NCBI GenBank assembly: GCA_003483065.1
Contig: DMWY01000008.1
Span: forward strand, 2,177 to 66,176
Length of the DNA: 64,000 nucleotides
Source of the DNA: Candidatus Moraniibacteriota bacterium
GTDB lineage: Bacteria > Patescibacteriota > Minisyncoccia > Moranbacterales > UBA2206
Direction of reading: 5' to 3'
The stretch's first letter is position 1. Each line of letters starts with the position of its first letter. The notes beneath the pieces are model-generated. The model was not told the origin of the DNA and ran no database searches. It saw only the letters and a list, made by a program, of their open reading frames with translations. The translations under genes and the position numbers were made by a program. Below are positions 49,920 to 58,278 of this stretch, piece after piece.

Positions 49920-50588
49920 ATGGAAGAAAAAAAAGATATAATAAAAGAAAAGGTAATGCAGGCGATAAAAAGCAAGAAAGTGAAAATGCGCAGTCATTTG
50001 GTTTTTATGGCGGAAAAATTGGGACTGGAAAGCGCGCTGGCTGGCGCGATAATTTTCGGGTCGCTTCTAGTGAGTGTCATTTTCTATTTATTGAAAAAAA
50101 CCGGCGCGCTAAAATTTTTGAGTTTGGGAATACCAGGACTCAAAATTTTTCTTCTGACTTTGCCCTATGACTATATCGCGCTATTTATCTTTTTTGTGAT
50201 CTTGGCAATTTATTTCGCCAATCAAATTGAATTATTTTGTGGAAAATGTACGCGGACAGATTCTTTCGCTGTATATTTTTTTGTGGGATCTCTGATTTTG
50301 GGAACTATTTTTGGCATCATTGGAGTGGGGGATTTTCTTCATAGTTGGTCGGGAAAAAATATTCCTCGGGAGAGTGCGATTTATGGTAAGGTGAAAAGTT
50401 TCTCGCAAGAAGAAGTTTTAATTGAAGATGAGAATGGAAAAATGATCAGAGTTTCCATTGAAAAACCGCAAAATGCGATAATCGACAAATACGAAAAAGA
50501 CAAATTTTTGCGCGCGATCGGTTCACGCGACGCCAAGGATAACAGTCTGTTCCACGCGCAAGTTGTGAGGTGTTGTGATGAGGATTAG
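49920..50588 (+). CDS. Putative membrane anti-sigma factor (by position after the ECF sigma)
   Basis: Short cytoplasmic N-terminus, 3-4 TM helices, C-terminal domain. Context-based call. Confidence 0.4.
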   Translation: MEEKKDIIKEKVMQAIKSKKVKMRSHLVFMAEKLGLESALAGAIIFGSLLVSVIFYLLKKTGALKFLSLGIPGLKIFLLTLPYDYIALFIFFVILAIYFANQIELFCGKCTRTDSFAVYFFVGSLILGTIFGIIGVGDFLHSWSGKNIPRESAIYGKVKSFSQEEVLIEDENGKMIRVSIEKPQNAIIDKYEKDKFLRAIGSRDAKDNSLFHAQVVRCCDED

Positions 50589-50742
50589 AAATAGTTGATT
50601 TATTTTTAAATATATGATAATATCTTTCTATCATTGAAAGGTGCCCTGCTAAGGCATTTTTTATTGAACTATATGCCGCGTTCGTCCCCGCCTCGCGTCG
50701 ACGAGCGGTCGCCTCCGCGAGTCGAGGCGGGTAGCCCAATTT

Positions 50743-51003
50743 ATGAATAACTATTTTATATATTTATTAATAAGTCAGGATAAGCAGAGAACGTATACGG
50801 GATTTACTGATAATATAGAAAATAGGATAAAAAAACATAAAACCAAAGGCGTTAGAACAACAAAAAATTTCGGTGATTTCGGTTATATAATATTAGAAAA
50901 AGTTTTGCCTGACGAAAGACTTGCAAGAGAAGCTGAAAAATATTGGAAGTCTGCCTCTGGTAGGAGAAGGATAAAAGAAATATTAAAAAATAAAGAAGAT
51001 TAA
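50743..51003 (+). CDS. GIY-YIG nuclease family small protein
   Basis: YIYLLISQDKQRTYTGFTDNIENRIKKH matches the GIY...YIG core with a conserved Arg and a C-terminal Glu (EAEKYWK). Confidence 0.8.
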   Translation: MNNYFIYLLISQDKQRTYTGFTDNIENRIKKHKTKGVRTTKNFGDFGYIILEKVLPDERLAREAEKYWKSASGRRRIKEILKNKED

Positions 51004-51007
51004 TTAT

Positions 51008-51085
51008 GCCGCGTTCGTCTAGCCCGGTCAGGACGCCAGGTTTTCATCCTGGAAATCATGGGTTCGAATCCCATACGCGGTACCA
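51008..51085 (+). tRNA. tRNA-Glu (anticodon TTC)
   Basis: GCCGCGTTCGTCTAGCCCGGTCAGGACGCCAGGTTTTCATCCTGGAAATCATGGGTTCGAATCCCATACGCGGTACCA. Cloverleaf with anticodon loop TTTTCAT. CCA encoded. Terminator hairpin at 51092-51117. Confidence 0.8.
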
Positions 51086-51114
51086 AACTTGAAAACAGCC
51101 CTTGATGGCTGTTT

Positions 51115-51143
51115 TTGATTTATCGGAGGAAGGGGGGTAGAAT
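51115..51143 (+). promoter_or_regulatory. Conserved island promoter module, copy 1 (TTGATT, 17 nt, TAGAAT)
   Basis: TTGATT tatcggaggaagggggg TAGAAT GGAAGTGTTCAGT. The G-rich spacer and the first transcribed nucleotides are conserved in copies at 53095 and 53498. A second promoter (TTGCCT, 17 nt, TATAAT at 51195-51223) follows in the same leader. Confidence 0.6.
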
Positions 51144-51249
51144 GGAAGTGTTCAGTGAGGATTGGAAAAAATAAAGTTATCCACAGCTCAAAAGTTGCCT
51201 AAAATATCACAGAGTGATATAATATCATCATAACAAACTAAATAAAGTT

Positions 51250-51582
51250 ATGAAAAACAAATATAGTTCACTCGTCATTTTTGAAGATTTTAGGATTCGT
51301 CGTCACTACGACGAAAAAACGGAAACCTGGTATTTCTCGGTAATTGATATTGTTGCCGCTTTGATAGAGCAAACAGAATATAATAAGGCAAAAACATATT
51401 GGACTACTCTCAAGAATCGTTTGAAAAACGAAAAAAGTGAAGTGGTCACAAAATGTGACCAGTTGAAAATGCTGGCTAAAGATGGAAAAATGAGAGATCG
51501 GGATAATGAAATGTCTCAATCGTTTCCATTTTGGGAACAGTTGAATTTGTCAGCAAAAGAAAAAAGATATCAAAAAATTTAA
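51250..51582 (+). CDS. Bro-N domain protein (phage antirepressor-like N-terminal domain)
   Basis: VIFEDFRIRRHYDEKTETWYFSVIDIVAAL follows the Bro-N pattern (F-x-F...iR...g..wF.a.Dva..L). Confidence 0.55.
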   Translation: MKNKYSSLVIFEDFRIRRHYDEKTETWYFSVIDIVAALIEQTEYNKAKTYWTTLKNRLKNEKSEVVTKCDQLKMLAKDGKMRDRDNEMSQSFPFWEQLNLSAKEKRYQKI

Positions 51583-51590
51583 ATTAAATT

Positions 51591-52412
51591 ATGAAAAAAA
51601 TAAACACACAAGGGCTACAAATATATACTTTTCAAAAGAATGAGGGTGACTATATCTCGCTTACTGATATGGCTAAATATAAAGATCCTGAAAGGACAGA
51701 CTATATCATTCAAAACTGGATGAGAAATTATTCTACGATAGAATTTTTAGGTATTTGGGAGAGAATAAATAACCCTAATTTTAACCCCATCGAATTCGAC
51801 GGGTTTAAAAATAAAGCAGGTTCTAATAGTTTTTCGTTGACACCGACCAGATGGATCAGCGCTGTAAATGCAATTGGAATGATAACAAAATCAGGACGCT
51901 ATGGCGGAGGCACTTTTGCCCATAAAGATATTGCTTTTGAATTCGCAACTTGGATATCAGCCGAGTTTAAACTATATTTAATCAAGGAATTCCAAAGATT
52001 AAAAATAGAGGAAACCGAAAGACTAACTCTTGGTTGGGATGCAAAAAGAGCTTTGACCAAAATCAATTATCGCATACACACCGATTCTATCAAGGAAAAC
52101 ATCGTATTGCCACAGCAACTTTCAAAAAAAGATGCAGACATCACCTATGCCAATGAAGCGGATATTTTAAACAAGGCATTGTTTGGGATGACTGCATTGG
52201 AATGGAGAATAAAAAATAAAGGTAAAGAAGGAAACATTCGAGATTACTCCGATGTATATCAACTTATTTGTCTGGCTAATCTTGAAACATTAAATTCGGA
52301 ATTTATAAAAATGGGAATGAGTCAGAAAGAGAGACTGCTCAAATTAAATGAAATAGCTATTGTTCAAATGAGGTCACTTTTGAACAATCCAACTGTGAAA
52401 AAATTGAATTAA
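51591..52412 (+). CDS. KilA-N domain protein
   Basis: N-terminal YISLTDMAKYKDPERTDYIIQNWMRNYSTIEFLGIWE resembles the KilA-N DNA-binding domain; about 150-aa C-terminal domain unknown. Confidence 0.55.
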   Translation: MKKINTQGLQIYTFQKNEGDYISLTDMAKYKDPERTDYIIQNWMRNYSTIEFLGIWERINNPNFNPIEFDGFKNKAGSNSFSLTPTRWISAVNAIGMITKSGRYGGGTFAHKDIAFEFATWISAEFKLYLIKEFQRLKIEETERLTLGWDAKRALTKINYRIHTDSIKENIVLPQQLSKKDADITYANEADILNKALFGMTALEWRIKNKGKEGNIRDYSDVYQLICLANLETLNSEFIKMGMSQKERLLKLNEIAIVQMRSLLNNPTVKKLN

Positions 52413-52416
52413 ATTT

Positions 52417-52926
52417 ATGGAAAAAGAAAATAATCTTGCCTTTATTGATGGACAAAATCTTTATATGGGAACAAGAAAAATAAAAGAACGACCATGGAAA
52501 GTTAATTTGAAGAAATTTAGAATTTTTTTGAAGGATAAATATCATATTCAGACAGCCTACTATTTTCTTGGATTTGTGAATGAGAAGAATCAAGATCTCT
52601 ATACTGAGATACAAGAAGCGGGATTTGTTTTGATTTTTAGAGAACATAATGCTGCTATGATTGGAAAGAAAAAGGGGAACGTAGATTCTGATATTGTTTT
52701 TTCTATTATGAAAAAACTATATAAAAAAGAGGTTTTTGAAAAGGTAGTATTGGTATCTGGCGATGGGGACTATAAGCAATTAGTCGATTTTCTTATCGAG
52801 GAAAAAAGATTTAAAAAAGCTTTATTTCCAAATAGAAAATTCGCTTCGTCATTATATAAAAAACTTGGGTCAGAGTTCTTTGATTTTTTAGATAGTGAGG
52901 CTATAAAAGCGAAGATTATGAAATAA
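52417..52926 (+). CDS. NYN-domain (PIN-like) putative RNase
   Basis: AFIDGQNLY ... DSDIVFSIM ... VVLVSGDGDYKQLVDFL: the three acidic clusters typical of NYN/LabA nucleases. Confidence 0.7.
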   Translation: MEKENNLAFIDGQNLYMGTRKIKERPWKVNLKKFRIFLKDKYHIQTAYYFLGFVNEKNQDLYTEIQEAGFVLIFREHNAAMIGKKKGNVDSDIVFSIMKKLYKKEVFEKVVLVSGDGDYKQLVDFLIEEKRFKKALFPNRKFASSLYKKLGSEFFDFLDSEAIKAKIMK

Positions 52927-53094
52927 AAAAAGGCTCCTTAGGCACCAACACCTTTCGGATCCTTTTCGTCTTTATGCATAAAATATACACCCAAATCAGC
53001 GAAATGTCAACAGTGCTTGAATAAACAATATTTAAACCTATTCATAATACACTTATTTAGACCAAATATTCCACAAAATTTATGAACATATTTG

Positions 53095-53123
53095 TTGGCT
53101 TATTGGGGGAAAGGGGGTAGAAT
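53095..53123 (+). promoter_or_regulatory. Conserved island promoter module, copy 2
   Basis: TTGGCT tattgggggaaaggggg TAGAAT AGAAGTGTTGA. Confidence 0.55.
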
Positions 53124-53200
53124 AGAAGTGTTGAATAATATCGAGAAAACAGAGAGTTTGCACCATTAATTGCGTAGCATAATTAATTTAAAATAAATTT

Positions 53201-53464
53201 ATGGAAAGCATGGAAAATCAAAATAAAATTTGGAAAGGTACGAATTTTTGGAAGGAAGAGATAAAAAAGGCGGGAGTTCTTGACAAGCTTAAATTTTTTA
53301 GCGACGTTATTACTGAAAATAGAGCGCCTCTTAGTTATGGCGATCCGGTTATCACGGATGTTGTGCTTGATGGAGTTGTATGTGATATATATCACACTGA
53401 CAAAAAACCAAATGACACAGGTTGCAGAATATTTATTCACAAAAAAGAGAGTACTGAAAATTAG
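53201..53464 (+). CDS. Hypothetical small protein
   Basis: 87 aa, own promoter and terminator (53475-53497). Confidence 0.35.
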   Translation: MESMENQNKIWKGTNFWKEEIKKAGVLDKLKFFSDVITENRAPLSYGDPVITDVVLDGVVCDIYHTDKKPNDTGCRIFIHKKESTEN

Positions 53465-53497
53465 AAAAATTCACAAAACCGCTATCACTGGCGGTTT

Positions 53498-53526
53498 TTG
53501 ATTTATTGGAGGAAAGGGGGTAGAAT
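53498..53526 (+). promoter_or_regulatory. Conserved island promoter module, copy 3
   Basis: TTGATT tattggaggaaaggggg TAGAAT GGAAGTGTTCAGT. The -35 is fused to the T-run of the upstream terminator, as in copy 1. Confidence 0.6.
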
Positions 53527-53564
53527 GGAAGTGTTCAGTAATTAGTTAAGTAACATACAAAAAT

Positions 53565-54083
53565 ATGAAAATTGGAATTATTTCTGACGTCCATGACAAT
53601 GGACTAAATCTTCTAAAAGCGATAGATATTTTCAAGAAAAAAGAAGTTGAGATTATAATTCATTGTGGTGATTGGGGTTCGCCTGGAGCAGCTTGGCTTT
53701 TCATGAATAATTGTGACATCAGAACAATTTCGGTTTTTGGTAATAATGACAAGGATATGTATCGTTTTTTTACTTATAAAGAAAAGTATAATTGGGATAA
53801 GTTAGAATATCATGGTGAATTTGCAAATTTAGAATTGGAAGGAAAAAAGATTGCGGTTTATCATGGAAATGTTGGCGAGATAACAGAGGCATTGATGCTT
53901 TCTGGAAAGTGGGAAACAGTAATTTCAGGCCATGATCATGTGTCAAAGATAGAATCTGTAAATGGCGTCTTACATATTAATCCAGGAACAATTAATTGTT
54001 TGAAAGCTGGGAAAATCGAGAATAATTTTACGGTTGCGATTTATGATTTAGGAGAAAATAAGGCAGAGATTATTAAGTTGTAA
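53565..54083 (+). CDS. Small metallophosphoesterase (YfcE/MJ0936-like)
   Basis: MKIGIISDVHDN, GDWGSPG, GNND, VYHGN and GHDHV motifs. Confidence 0.8.
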   Translation: MKIGIISDVHDNGLNLLKAIDIFKKKEVEIIIHCGDWGSPGAAWLFMNNCDIRTISVFGNNDKDMYRFFTYKEKYNWDKLEYHGEFANLELEGKKIAVYHGNVGEITEALMLSGKWETVISGHDHVSKIESVNGVLHINPGTINCLKAGKIENNFTVAIYDLGENKAEIIKL

Positions 54084-54189
54084 AAAAGATAGCGATAGTG
54101 ATTAAAATAAATATAAAAATATGACAACAAGAAAAAGTGAAGAAAAAAATACTTGCCCTGTTAAATAATTTTAAATTTTTTAATAGTCT

Positions 54190-54444
54190 ATGTATTACAC
54201 ATATATTTTAAGGAGTGAAAAGGATAATAAAAATTATGTAGGTTATACTAAAAATTTAAAATTAAGATTTGAGGAGCATCAAAAAGGAAAAGTTGAATCA
54301 ACTAAAGATAGAAGGCCATTGAAATTGATATATTATGAAGCATATCTAAATCAGCAGGATGCGACACATAGAGAAAAATATTTAAAAACATATCATGGTA
54401 AGATGTTTCTAAAAAATCGCCTCAAATCTTATTTAACAGGGTGA
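54190..54444 (+). CDS. GIY-YIG nuclease family small protein (second copy)
   Basis: YYTYILRSEKDNKNYVGYTKNLKLRFEEHQKGK ... the GIY-YIG core with conserved R and E. Confidence 0.8.
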   Translation: MYYTYILRSEKDNKNYVGYTKNLKLRFEEHQKGKVESTKDRRPLKLIYYEAYLNQQDATHREKYLKTYHGKMFLKNRLKSYLTG

Positions 54445-54590
54445 ATAAAATCACGAGAGTAGGAAAAACCAGCTTAGCTGTCACTATTCCAATTGAGATG
54501 TATAAAGAATTAGGCTGGAAAGAAAAACAGAAGGTGGTTGTGAAAAGAGTTAGGGGTGGGGTTGAGATTAAGGATTGGAAAAAGATATAA
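54441..54590 (+). CDS. AbrB/MazE/SpoVT-like small DNA-binding protein (49 aa, GTG start overlapping the upstream stop)
   Basis: VNKITRVGKTSLAVTIPIEMYKELGWKEKQKVVVKRVRGGVEIKDWKKI matches the swapped-hairpin AbrB pattern (vrkiGnSlgvtIP.e....l....g..v). Not in the ORF track because it is under 60 aa. Confidence 0.5.
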   Translation: MNKITRVGKTSLAVTIPIEMYKELGWKEKQKVVVKRVRGGVEIKDWKKI

Positions 54591-55375
54591 GGTTATTTAA
54601 AATGGACTTATCTTTCAATATAAAATTAGCTGACAATTATACTAGCTCATCTCAAAAGATAAGAGTTTTGACTGAGGATTGGGTTGATAGGCAAGTTTAT
54701 TGTCCAAACTGCGGGAAGTTAAGTATCGACAGATATGGAAATAATAAACCAGTTGCAGATTTTTATTGTGAAAATTGTAAGGAAGAATATGAATTGAAAA
54801 GCAAGAAGGATAGTATGGGCAAGAAAATTGTTGATGGCGCGTATAGTAAAATGATTGAAAGGCTGGATAGTGTTAATAATCCGAATTTTTTCTTTTTGAA
54901 TTATAGTTTACAAAGTTACAAGGTAGAAAATTTTGTAGTTATTCCGAAACATTTTTTTGTTCCTGAAATTATTGAAAAAAGAAAACCTCTCTCGGAAGAC
55001 GCAAGACGAGCAGGTTGGGTTGGATGCAATATTTTACTTCAAAATATTCCGCAAAGTGGAAAAATATTTTATGTAAAAGACGGAAATTTTGAAAATAAAG
55101 AAGATGTTTTGAAAAATTGGCAGAGAACACTTTTCTTGAGAGAAGAAAAAGAAATTAGTGCGAAAGGTTGGCTTTTGGATGTTATGAGTTGTATTGAGAG
55201 AATAAAAAAACAAAATTTTTCCCTAGATGAAGTTTATGCTTTTGAAAAAGAATTAAAAATAAAACATCCAGACAATAATTTTATTAAGGATAAGATGCGA
55301 CAAAAATTACAGGTTTTAAGAGATAATAATTACATTGAATTTATTAGTCCTGGTAAGTATAAATTAGTCATTTGA
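54575..55375 (+). CDS. DpnI-like methyl-directed (type IIM) restriction endonuclease
   Basis: Collinear with my recollection of the DpnI family: N-terminal catalytic domain with SSQKIRVLTEDWVDRQVYCPNCG ... PVADFYCENCKEEYELKSKK ... NPNFFFLNY ... RKPLSEDARRAGWVGCNI, and a C-terminal winged-helix-like end LQVLRDNNYIEFISPGKYKL. Needs a database search to confirm. Confidence 0.5.
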   Translation: MEKDIRLFKMDLSFNIKLADNYTSSSQKIRVLTEDWVDRQVYCPNCGKLSIDRYGNNKPVADFYCENCKEEYELKSKKDSMGKKIVDGAYSKMIERLDSVNNPNFFFLNYSLQSYKVENFVVIPKHFFVPEIIEKRKPLSEDARRAGWVGCNILLQNIPQSGKIFYVKDGNFENKEDVLKNWQRTLFLREEKEISAKGWLLDVMSCIERIKKQNFSLDEVYAFEKELKIKHPDNNFIKDKMRQKLQVLRDNNYIEFISPGKYKLVI

Positions 55376-55436
55376 CAATTATCGTGAATCGATCAAAAAT
55401 TGATCAGAAATAAAAATTAATTTTCTGTTCAATTAT

Positions 55437-55871
55437 ATGAAAATTTCAAGAGAGTTGGCGATAAGAATATTAAAATATTTAGATGAGCATAAGAATTTTT
55501 ATTTTCCATTTCTAGTTATGTGCAAAGAGCACGCTGAAGGGGATGATGATTTTATAGAAATTGAACCTGAAGAATGGGAAATGATTCAGGAAGATGATAA
55601 GTATCAAACTTTTGAGTTGTGGGAAAATCTGCAAAATTTAGATGAAGAAACGCTTAAACTTTTGGCGAAAGGATTTTTAGAGAAAATTACCAGTGAATCT
55701 TTGGAGAAAAAAATAGAAAAATTAGCGAAAAAATACAGAAAAGAATGGAAAGTGGAATTGTGGGAAAGTGAAGATATTGAAGAGTTTGGGTATAATGAAT
55801 TTATAGGCGGAAAAGCAGAAGGGTGTGAGGAATGCTTGGAGTCGATAAAAAAATATGGAAAAATAGAGTAA
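55437..55871 (+). CDS. Hypothetical acidic protein
   Basis: 144 aa, Glu/Asp-rich, no motif. Sits between the DpnI-like and KAP NTPase genes. Confidence 0.35.
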   Translation: MKISRELAIRILKYLDEHKNFYFPFLVMCKEHAEGDDDFIEIEPEEWEMIQEDDKYQTFELWENLQNLDEETLKLLAKGFLEKITSESLEKKIEKLAKKYRKEWKVELWESEDIEEFGYNEFIGGKAEGCEECLESIKKYGKIE

Positions 55872-55888
55872 ATTAAAAACGATTTAGT

Positions 55889-57163
55889 ATGGCAGATGGA
55901 TTTGTAAAAAATTATAAATTATTAGAAGAAAACAGCAAGGCTGATGATCTTTTGAATATTGGTGATTTTTGCGAAAAATTTACTAAAAAACTCAATTCAT
56001 TACCTAACTCATCGATTATTGCTTTGGTTGGAAAATTTGGTAGTGGTAAAAGTACAATGTTGCATAAAATAGCAACTAATTATTTGGCCACTTACGTATG
56101 GTTTGAATTTGATGCATGGAAATATCCGGACAGAGAAAATCTCTGGGAGGGATTTATTTTGGATTGTGTTGAAAAGATCAATCCAAATCATTTTTTAAGT
56201 GCGAAAAAAGAGATTGAAGGGAAGTCTAATGATGATAAAAAAACTTTGATTAATGTCTTATCTAAAATACCGGGGTTAGCAGTATTAGAAGGGTTTAATC
56301 ACTTTCTTGAAACATCTCCAGCAAAGCGTGTAAATGATGTACAGAGGATATTTAGAGAACAGCTCGATAATATAAAAAAAGATATTTTCGTTATCATTGA
56401 AGATATAGACAGGTCAGGCGATTCAGGCGCATTCTTTTTAGAGACGCTTAAACAATTTTTAAAATCATCTAATCTCTTAAATAAAGTTGTAATAATCGTT
56501 CCAATAGCTAATGAAAATTATTACAAAAATATCGATTCATATCTAAAGTGTATTGATTATTTTGATTTTTTTGAGCAAAAAAATATAAAATTAGATAAGT
56601 TTGTGGGCGAAGTTATAGATAACTCATTGCTCAGTGGGCAATTAAATAGAAAAGGCGATAATAAATTGATTTGGAGTGGACCAAGTAGAAAAGGGCAAAC
56701 GATTAGTTTTTTAGAAAAGCTTTTTGATGAAATGCCAGAGATGAATATGCGGTTACTTAAGTTAATATTGAGAAAAGCAAATCTGGCCTATAAAAATCAG
56801 ACTTCAGATGGACACGACCCAGATTTTCGGGTTACTTTATGCATAGAAGCATCGAAATATTTCAAAATTAATGGAAAGGAGGAATTGAGTTATTTTGATG
56901 ATTTTAGAGAAAGGGGTGTTATAATCAGAGGTAACATATTTTCCTCATTCTTAATTGCAATGTTAAATAATAAAGATTCTATTGTAGGTATTGATTATAC
57001 CAACGGAAGAGAAATCAAGAGATTATTGACATCGCCCTATGATTTTAAATTTATAAAAAGGGAGGACAATGACAAAATCCAATGGCCATCATATCCCTGG
57101 AGTTATGGCAGATTTAGTGGCGACTCTGGTTTTGGTGTGGCAAGTTTTTATTGCGAATATTAA
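55889..57163 (+). CDS. KAP-family P-loop NTPase
   Basis: IALVGKFGSGKST Walker A immediately followed by FEFDAWKYPD (the KAP F-x-x-W-x-Y motif). Walker B IFVIIEDIDRS. Confidence 0.6.
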   Translation: MADGFVKNYKLLEENSKADDLLNIGDFCEKFTKKLNSLPNSSIIALVGKFGSGKSTMLHKIATNYLATYVWFEFDAWKYPDRENLWEGFILDCVEKINPNHFLSAKKEIEGKSNDDKKTLINVLSKIPGLAVLEGFNHFLETSPAKRVNDVQRIFREQLDNIKKDIFVIIEDIDRSGDSGAFFLETLKQFLKSSNLLNKVVIIVPIANENYYKNIDSYLKCIDYFDFFEQKNIKLDKFVGEVIDNSLLSGQLNRKGDNKLIWSGPSRKGQTISFLEKLFDEMPEMNMRLLKLILRKANLAYKNQTSDGHDPDFRVTLCIEASKYFKINGKEELSYFDDFRERGVIIRGNIFSSFLIAMLNNKDSIVGIDYTNGREIKRLLTSPYDFKFIKREDNDKIQWPSYPWSYGRFSGDSGFGVASFYCEY

Positions 57164-57599
57164 TTTTCTATTGAAGAAATAAAATGTATTAATCTATGGC
57201 ATATAAAGTTATGGAAAAATTTCTAAAGCAAGGATTTAAATTGAAAGAAGATATAATAAAAAAACAACATAACTGCCAAGCAACTGGATTTTGGGTGAAT
57301 CGATCTAAGGAAAGTAATTTTCTTTTGATTATGCACGAACATCTTTTTGTGTTTCAGAAATAATTCAATACATATTCTAATACGTATTAAAATACTTACC
57401 TAAATTAGTTACTTACTTTAAGTGTAAGATTAGCGCCGGAGCGCTGTAGTATCTGTATAAATAAGTGGGTGAAGTTATGAACAAACTAACCGCCGAAGAA
57501 AAAAGAGTTATTTTGGAAAAGGTAATTTAAAATTAACAAGAAAAATATGTTTATAAAACTCTATCTCATTGCCTTGCCGGTTTTTTGCTTCAGTTTTAA

Positions 57600-58130
57600 T
57601 TGTTACATAATACAATGAAAAAAATTGAAGTTGTCGTTAATGACAAAATGCAAAAAAACTATGCTTATACTATCACAGAAAAATCTGGGGAAAATTTTGC
57701 ACCCGAATTTAAGCCGGAGTTGACCCCCAAAGAAATGCTTAAGCTTGGAATTTTTGGAGGGAGATATATACGAGATTGCAAAAAAGAATTTCCCAAAGAT
57801 TGGTTTTCAAAGGCTAAACTTTTTCCGGATGGTCTCTCTGGGCATGACAAAAATTTAAATTATTTCAAAGTAGATGCATCTCAACCCCTTTCGGTTTGGA
57901 GAAAAAAAGGATGGATTCACTCCGATGATCCAAGAGGCTGGTTTCAATGGTATTGTCGATATTATATAGGCAGAAGGCATGAGGATGATGCTCGTCAAAT
58001 TCGTCGCTGGAAAGCTTTTAGGCGTCACGTTACCCAAATTCAAAAAAATTGTTGGCAAGGAGATTTGAATTGTCGCTCAAGACAGCACCAAGCTGTGCTC
58101 CACTGGGCCTATGATAGTAGAAAATTGTAA
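57600..58130 (+). CDS. Hypothetical protein with Arg/His/Trp-rich C-terminus
   Basis: GIFGGRYIRD segment. Two Rx6H arrangements (RYYIGRRH, RWKAFRRH). No confident family assignment. Confidence 0.35.
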   Translation: MLHNTMKKIEVVVNDKMQKNYAYTITEKSGENFAPEFKPELTPKEMLKLGIFGGRYIRDCKKEFPKDWFSKAKLFPDGLSGHDKNLNYFKVDASQPLSVWRKKGWIHSDDPRGWFQWYCRYYIGRRHEDDARQIRRWKAFRRHVTQIQKNCWQGDLNCRSRQHQAVLHWAYDSRKL

Positions 58131-58278
58131 ATATAATTTTTGTTCAGTAACCCGCCTCTCATCGGCGGAAAGGCATACTAAGTAACACCAACAGCCTTCA
58201 GGGGCTGTTTTTCTGTGGGGGATTGACGAGTGAAATAGAGATGATATAATATCACCATAACAAATAAATATTAAAAAT

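Noticed and set aside
57187-57532. Short ORFs after the KAP NTPase gene (58-aa MAYKVMEKFLKQGF... and 17-aa MNKLTAEEKRVILEKVI)
   Set aside because: They are too short, have no motif and have no conserved promoter module. They could be real micro-genes of the island but are unsupported.
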